Positions 61,593 through 64,000 of a DNA stretch of 64,000 bases are shown here, in pieces. The DNA is taken from assembly GCA_013215165.1 (NCBI GenBank), contig JABSRG010000011.1:7074-71073 (forward strand). The letters run 5' to 3'. The position numbers and the translations under genes were made by a program. The first letter of the stretch is position 1, and every line of letters begins with the position of its first letter. Origin of the DNA: Opitutales bacterium (GTDB lineage: Bacteria > Verrucomicrobiota > Verrucomicrobiia > Opitutales > JABSRG01). The notes below the pieces were generated by a model that did not search any database, was not told the DNA's origin, and saw nothing but the letters and a program-made list of their open reading frames with translations.

Positions 61593-62807
61593 TCAGGTAG
61601 AAACGGAGAGCTCTGCTTCGGAAAATACCGAGTCGAGGATGCCCAAACACTCGTTGAGTGCTTCTTTAGTGACGTTGAGAGGCGGTAGTAGCCGCAACGC
61701 TTGATGGCCCGCAGCCACGACGAGCATGCCTGCTTCCCGGCACCGAATGACCCACGGCATGGGATCTTCATTGAGGCCGAGAGCGAGCATGAGGCCACGT
61801 CCACGGACTTCTTTGATGAGACCAGAATGGTGTGTTGCGAGTTGCTCTAATTGAGCTGTAAACCACGCGCTGACTTCTTGGACGTGCTGAATGATATGCT
61901 CCTCTTCTAGCACATCAAGCGTAGCCAAAGCGGCCTCGGCGGCTAAGGGTGAGCCGCCGAAAGTCGTGCCGTGCGTACCTGGTGTGAAAAGGTGAGCATG
62001 GGCGTCGCTTACCCAGATTGCGCCGATAGGGAAACCGCCCCCAAGGCCCTTGGCCATGCCGATAGCATCCGGCTGAATCCCCGCCGCTTGATAGGCAAAA
62101 AATTGACCGGTCCGGCCGATGCCACATTGCACCTCGTCGATAAGCAACAAGACCTTACGATCGTCGCAGAGCTTCCGGAGATCTTTGAGGAATTGCAGCG
62201 AGCAAGGGCGGATGCCGCCTTCGCCTTGGATGGTTTCAATGAATACTGCGGCCGTTTGATCGTCGATTGCAGCGGCAAAGCTATCGATGTTATTGAATTC
62301 GGCTGTGACGAAGCCGGGCACCAATGGATGAAAGCCATTTTGGACCTTTTCTTGAGGGGTCGCACTCATTCCGCCGAAAGTACGGCCATGGAATGCAGTA
62401 TCGGCGACGACGATTTTGTAGATGTCGCCATCTTTGCCGCCGGCTTTCTGTTTACCGAACAAACGTCCGAGTTTGATGAGGCCTTCGTTGGCCTCCGCAC
62501 CGCTATTGCAGAAAAAGGCTTTTCCGGGTCCAGCTTGCTCCGCGAGGCGTTTGGCCAGAGCTGCTTGGTTGGGATTGCCGTAGAGGTTTGAGCAGTGAAC
62601 GAGTTGTGCCGCCTGTTCAGAAACGCGACGGACCCATTTTGGATGGGAGTGTCCGAGCGAGGTCACCGCGATACCGGAGGTCATATCGAGGTAACGTCGG
62701 CCGGTCTCGTCCCATAGGTAGGATCCTTGCCCCTTCACTGCGATAAGCGCAGGCGGCAACGGATAATTCCCGAGAGAATAGGCCGTATATGTTTCTGTGG
62801 TATTCAT
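61593..62807 (-). CDS. argD: Acetylornithine aminotransferase
   Basis: NSGAEANE, FHGRT, DEVQCG.GRTG, AKGLGGG, HGTTFGG; arg operon context. Confidence 0.93.
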   Translation of the reverse strand: MNTTETYTAYSLGNYPLPPALIAVKGQGSYLWDETGRRYLDMTSGIAVTSLGHSHPKWVRRVSEQAAQLVHCSNLYGNPNQAALAKRLAEQAGPGKAFFCNSGAEANEGLIKLGRLFGKQKAGGKDGDIYKIVVADTAFHGRTFGGMSATPQEKVQNGFHPLVPGFVTAEFNNIDSFAAAIDDQTAAVFIETIQGEGGIRPCSLQFLKDLRKLCDDRKVLLLIDEVQCGIGRTGQFFAYQAAGIQPDAIGMAKGLGGGFPIGAIWVSDAHAHLFTPGTHGTTFGGSPLAAEAALATLDVLEEEHIIQHVQEVSAWFTAQLEQLATHHSGLIKEVRGRGLMLALGLNEDPMPWVIRCREAGMLVVAAGHQALRLLPPLNVTKEALNECLGILDSVFSEAELSVST

Positions 62808-62827
62808 GACGAAAACGAGAGGGAGGC

Positions 62828-63709
62828 TCAGGCTTGAACGAGTTCTGTGCCAATGCCGGTGTGAGTAAATATTTCTAGAAGTATGGAATGGGGCATCCGG
62901 CCGTCGACCAGGTGCACGCGGTGGACGCCGGCTTCGAGTGCATCGACTGCACTGTCTACCTTAGGCACCATGCCTTTCGATATGACACCGTCTGCTTTTA
63001 GCTGAGGGACTTCATTGATTTTGAGCGAAGATATGAGCGTTGCAGGTTCCTCGGGGTTTCGAAGCAATCCGGGAACATCGCTCATATAGACCAGACGCCG
63101 GGCATGAAGTGCTTTGGCCACATGTGCTGCGGCGATGTCGGCATTGATGTTATGTGGTTGGCCGGAGGCATCGATTGCAACTGGGGAGATGACGGGGGTA
63201 TACCCATTGTCGAGGGCGTATAAGATGGGTTGAGTCAGCACGTGGGTGACTTCACCGACATAACCGATATCCACTGCCTTGCCGTCTGCATCTTCGGTAA
63301 GCCGCTTGCACTGCAGCACCCGATTTCCGTGGATTGCGATCGGTTTGCCCTTGGCAGCTTGAATCAGGTTACAAATATCGAGATTGACTGAGTGGTTTAG
63401 AGTATTCTCAACGATGGATACAGCCTCAGCGGAAGTCCTACGTAGGCCATTTACGAATTCTGCTTCGATCCCGGCGGCGTCCATGGCCCGAGTGATGGCT
63501 TTTCCTCCACCATGGACCACGACAACCCGGATACCGACGGAGGCCAAGAAGGCGACGTCGGTGGCGACGCGACCACGCATCTCTGGGTCGGGGTCATCCA
63601 TGAAAGAACCTCCGTATTTGATGACAAAAATCGAGTCCCTGAACCGTTGGATGTAGGGGAGTGCCTCAATGAGAACGGAGGCTTTGGTGGTAGGGGTGAT
63701 CATTTCCAT
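62828..63709 (-). CDS. argB: Acetylglutamate kinase
   Basis: EALPYI, KYGG, VHGGG, NINAD, GMVPK. Confidence 0.95.
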   Translation of the reverse strand: MEMITPTTKASVLIEALPYIQRFRDSIFVIKYGGSFMDDPDPEMRGRVATDVAFLASVGIRVVVVHGGGKAITRAMDAAGIEAEFVNGLRRTSAEAVSIVENTLNHSVNLDICNLIQAAKGKPIAIHGNRVLQCKRLTEDADGKAVDIGYVGEVTHVLTQPILYALDNGYTPVISPVAIDASGQPHNINADIAAAHVAKALHARRLVYMSDVPGLLRNPEEPATLISSLKINEVPQLKADGVISKGMVPKVDSAVDALEAGVHRVHLVDGRMPHSILLEIFTHTGIGTELVQA

Positions 63710-63712
63710 GGC

Positions 63713-64000
63713 TTATTCGGACCGGTTAAAATTAACGTAGGCCTCCGTAAGGTCTGTCGCTAACAACTTCGCCTCTGCAGCACCCAGGTGGAGATCGAGT
63801 GTCACGGTAAACTCCTTTTGCTGAACGGTTTCTTTCCAATGGGTAGCATGGGCATCTTGAGGTTCACCTTTCAGCAGAGCAGGAAAGCTATCGTAGAAGA
63901 GGTCGATATTATCGGAGTCGAGCCCGATTTGTGCGTAGCCGGCTGCGTCGATGAGTCTGCCCCAGTTGGGGTCTTCGCCATACCAAGAGCTCTTGACTAG
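63713..64000 (-). CDS. argJ: Bifunctional ornithine acetyltransferase, 3' part only (absent from the ORF track)
   Basis: Minus frame reads LVKSSWYGEDPNWGRLIDAAGYA...ATDLTEAYVNFNRSE*. Confidence 0.9.
   Translation of the reverse strand, partial: LVKSSWYGEDPNWGRLIDAAGYAQIGLDSDNIDLFYDSFPALLKGEPQDAHATHWKETVQQKEFTVTLDLHLGAAEAKLLATDLTEAYVNFNRSE

Noticed and set aside
2235-62853. Numerous 60-220 aa ORFs antisense to or overlapping recognised genes (for example 4704-5369, 19182-19751, 26542-27150, 61971-62591)
   Set aside because: No recognisable motifs; explained as shadow ORFs of well-supported genes.
1-64000. Genome-wide TAG reassignment (alternative genetic code)
   Set aside because: Many conserved genes end at TAG at their expected lengths (glnII, gmd, fcl, prmC, purK, recN); at most partial read-through is tenable.
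63788-64000. Plus-strand 70-aa ORF at the window end
   Set aside because: It is the shadow of argJ on the minus strand.

Overview
A 64-kb chromosomal segment of moderate GC from a bacterium that is most likely a free-living member of the Verrucomicrobiota (Opitutales-like). This assignment is an inference from the PEP-CTERM protein, type II glutamine synthetase, stand-alone CoaB, three-subunit sdhCAB, XylR/AraC regulators and RAYT-type transposase. Most of the window is housekeeping and transport: a metal ABC permease, glnII, a TonB-dependent receptor, gmd-fcl, SulP-prmC, sdhCAB, purEK, recN, an RND efflux pair, an MCP, coaB, cimA and argJBDFG. No rRNA, tRNA or CRISPR array was recognised. 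The most unusual signals are: (1) several intergenic regions packed with nested helices that look like unannotated structured RNAs, strongest at about 14500-15040 between a degenerate Fur-like gene and sdhB, with others at 33406-33580, 37980-38095 and 56974-57145; (2) three in-frame TAG codons and a G10 frameshift inside two otherwise intact secreted-protein genes, one of which is a ~1900-aa di-heme cytochrome c/propeller/CBM/LamG protein; (3) a secreted Ala/Cys-rich protein with ten repeats; (4) a purine-utilisation cassette flanked by 32-bp inverted repeats; and (5) a minimal kinase plus PP2C phosphatase pair divergent from a sigma54-type glnII promoter. All calls come from reading motifs by eye; no database searches or folding programs were run.
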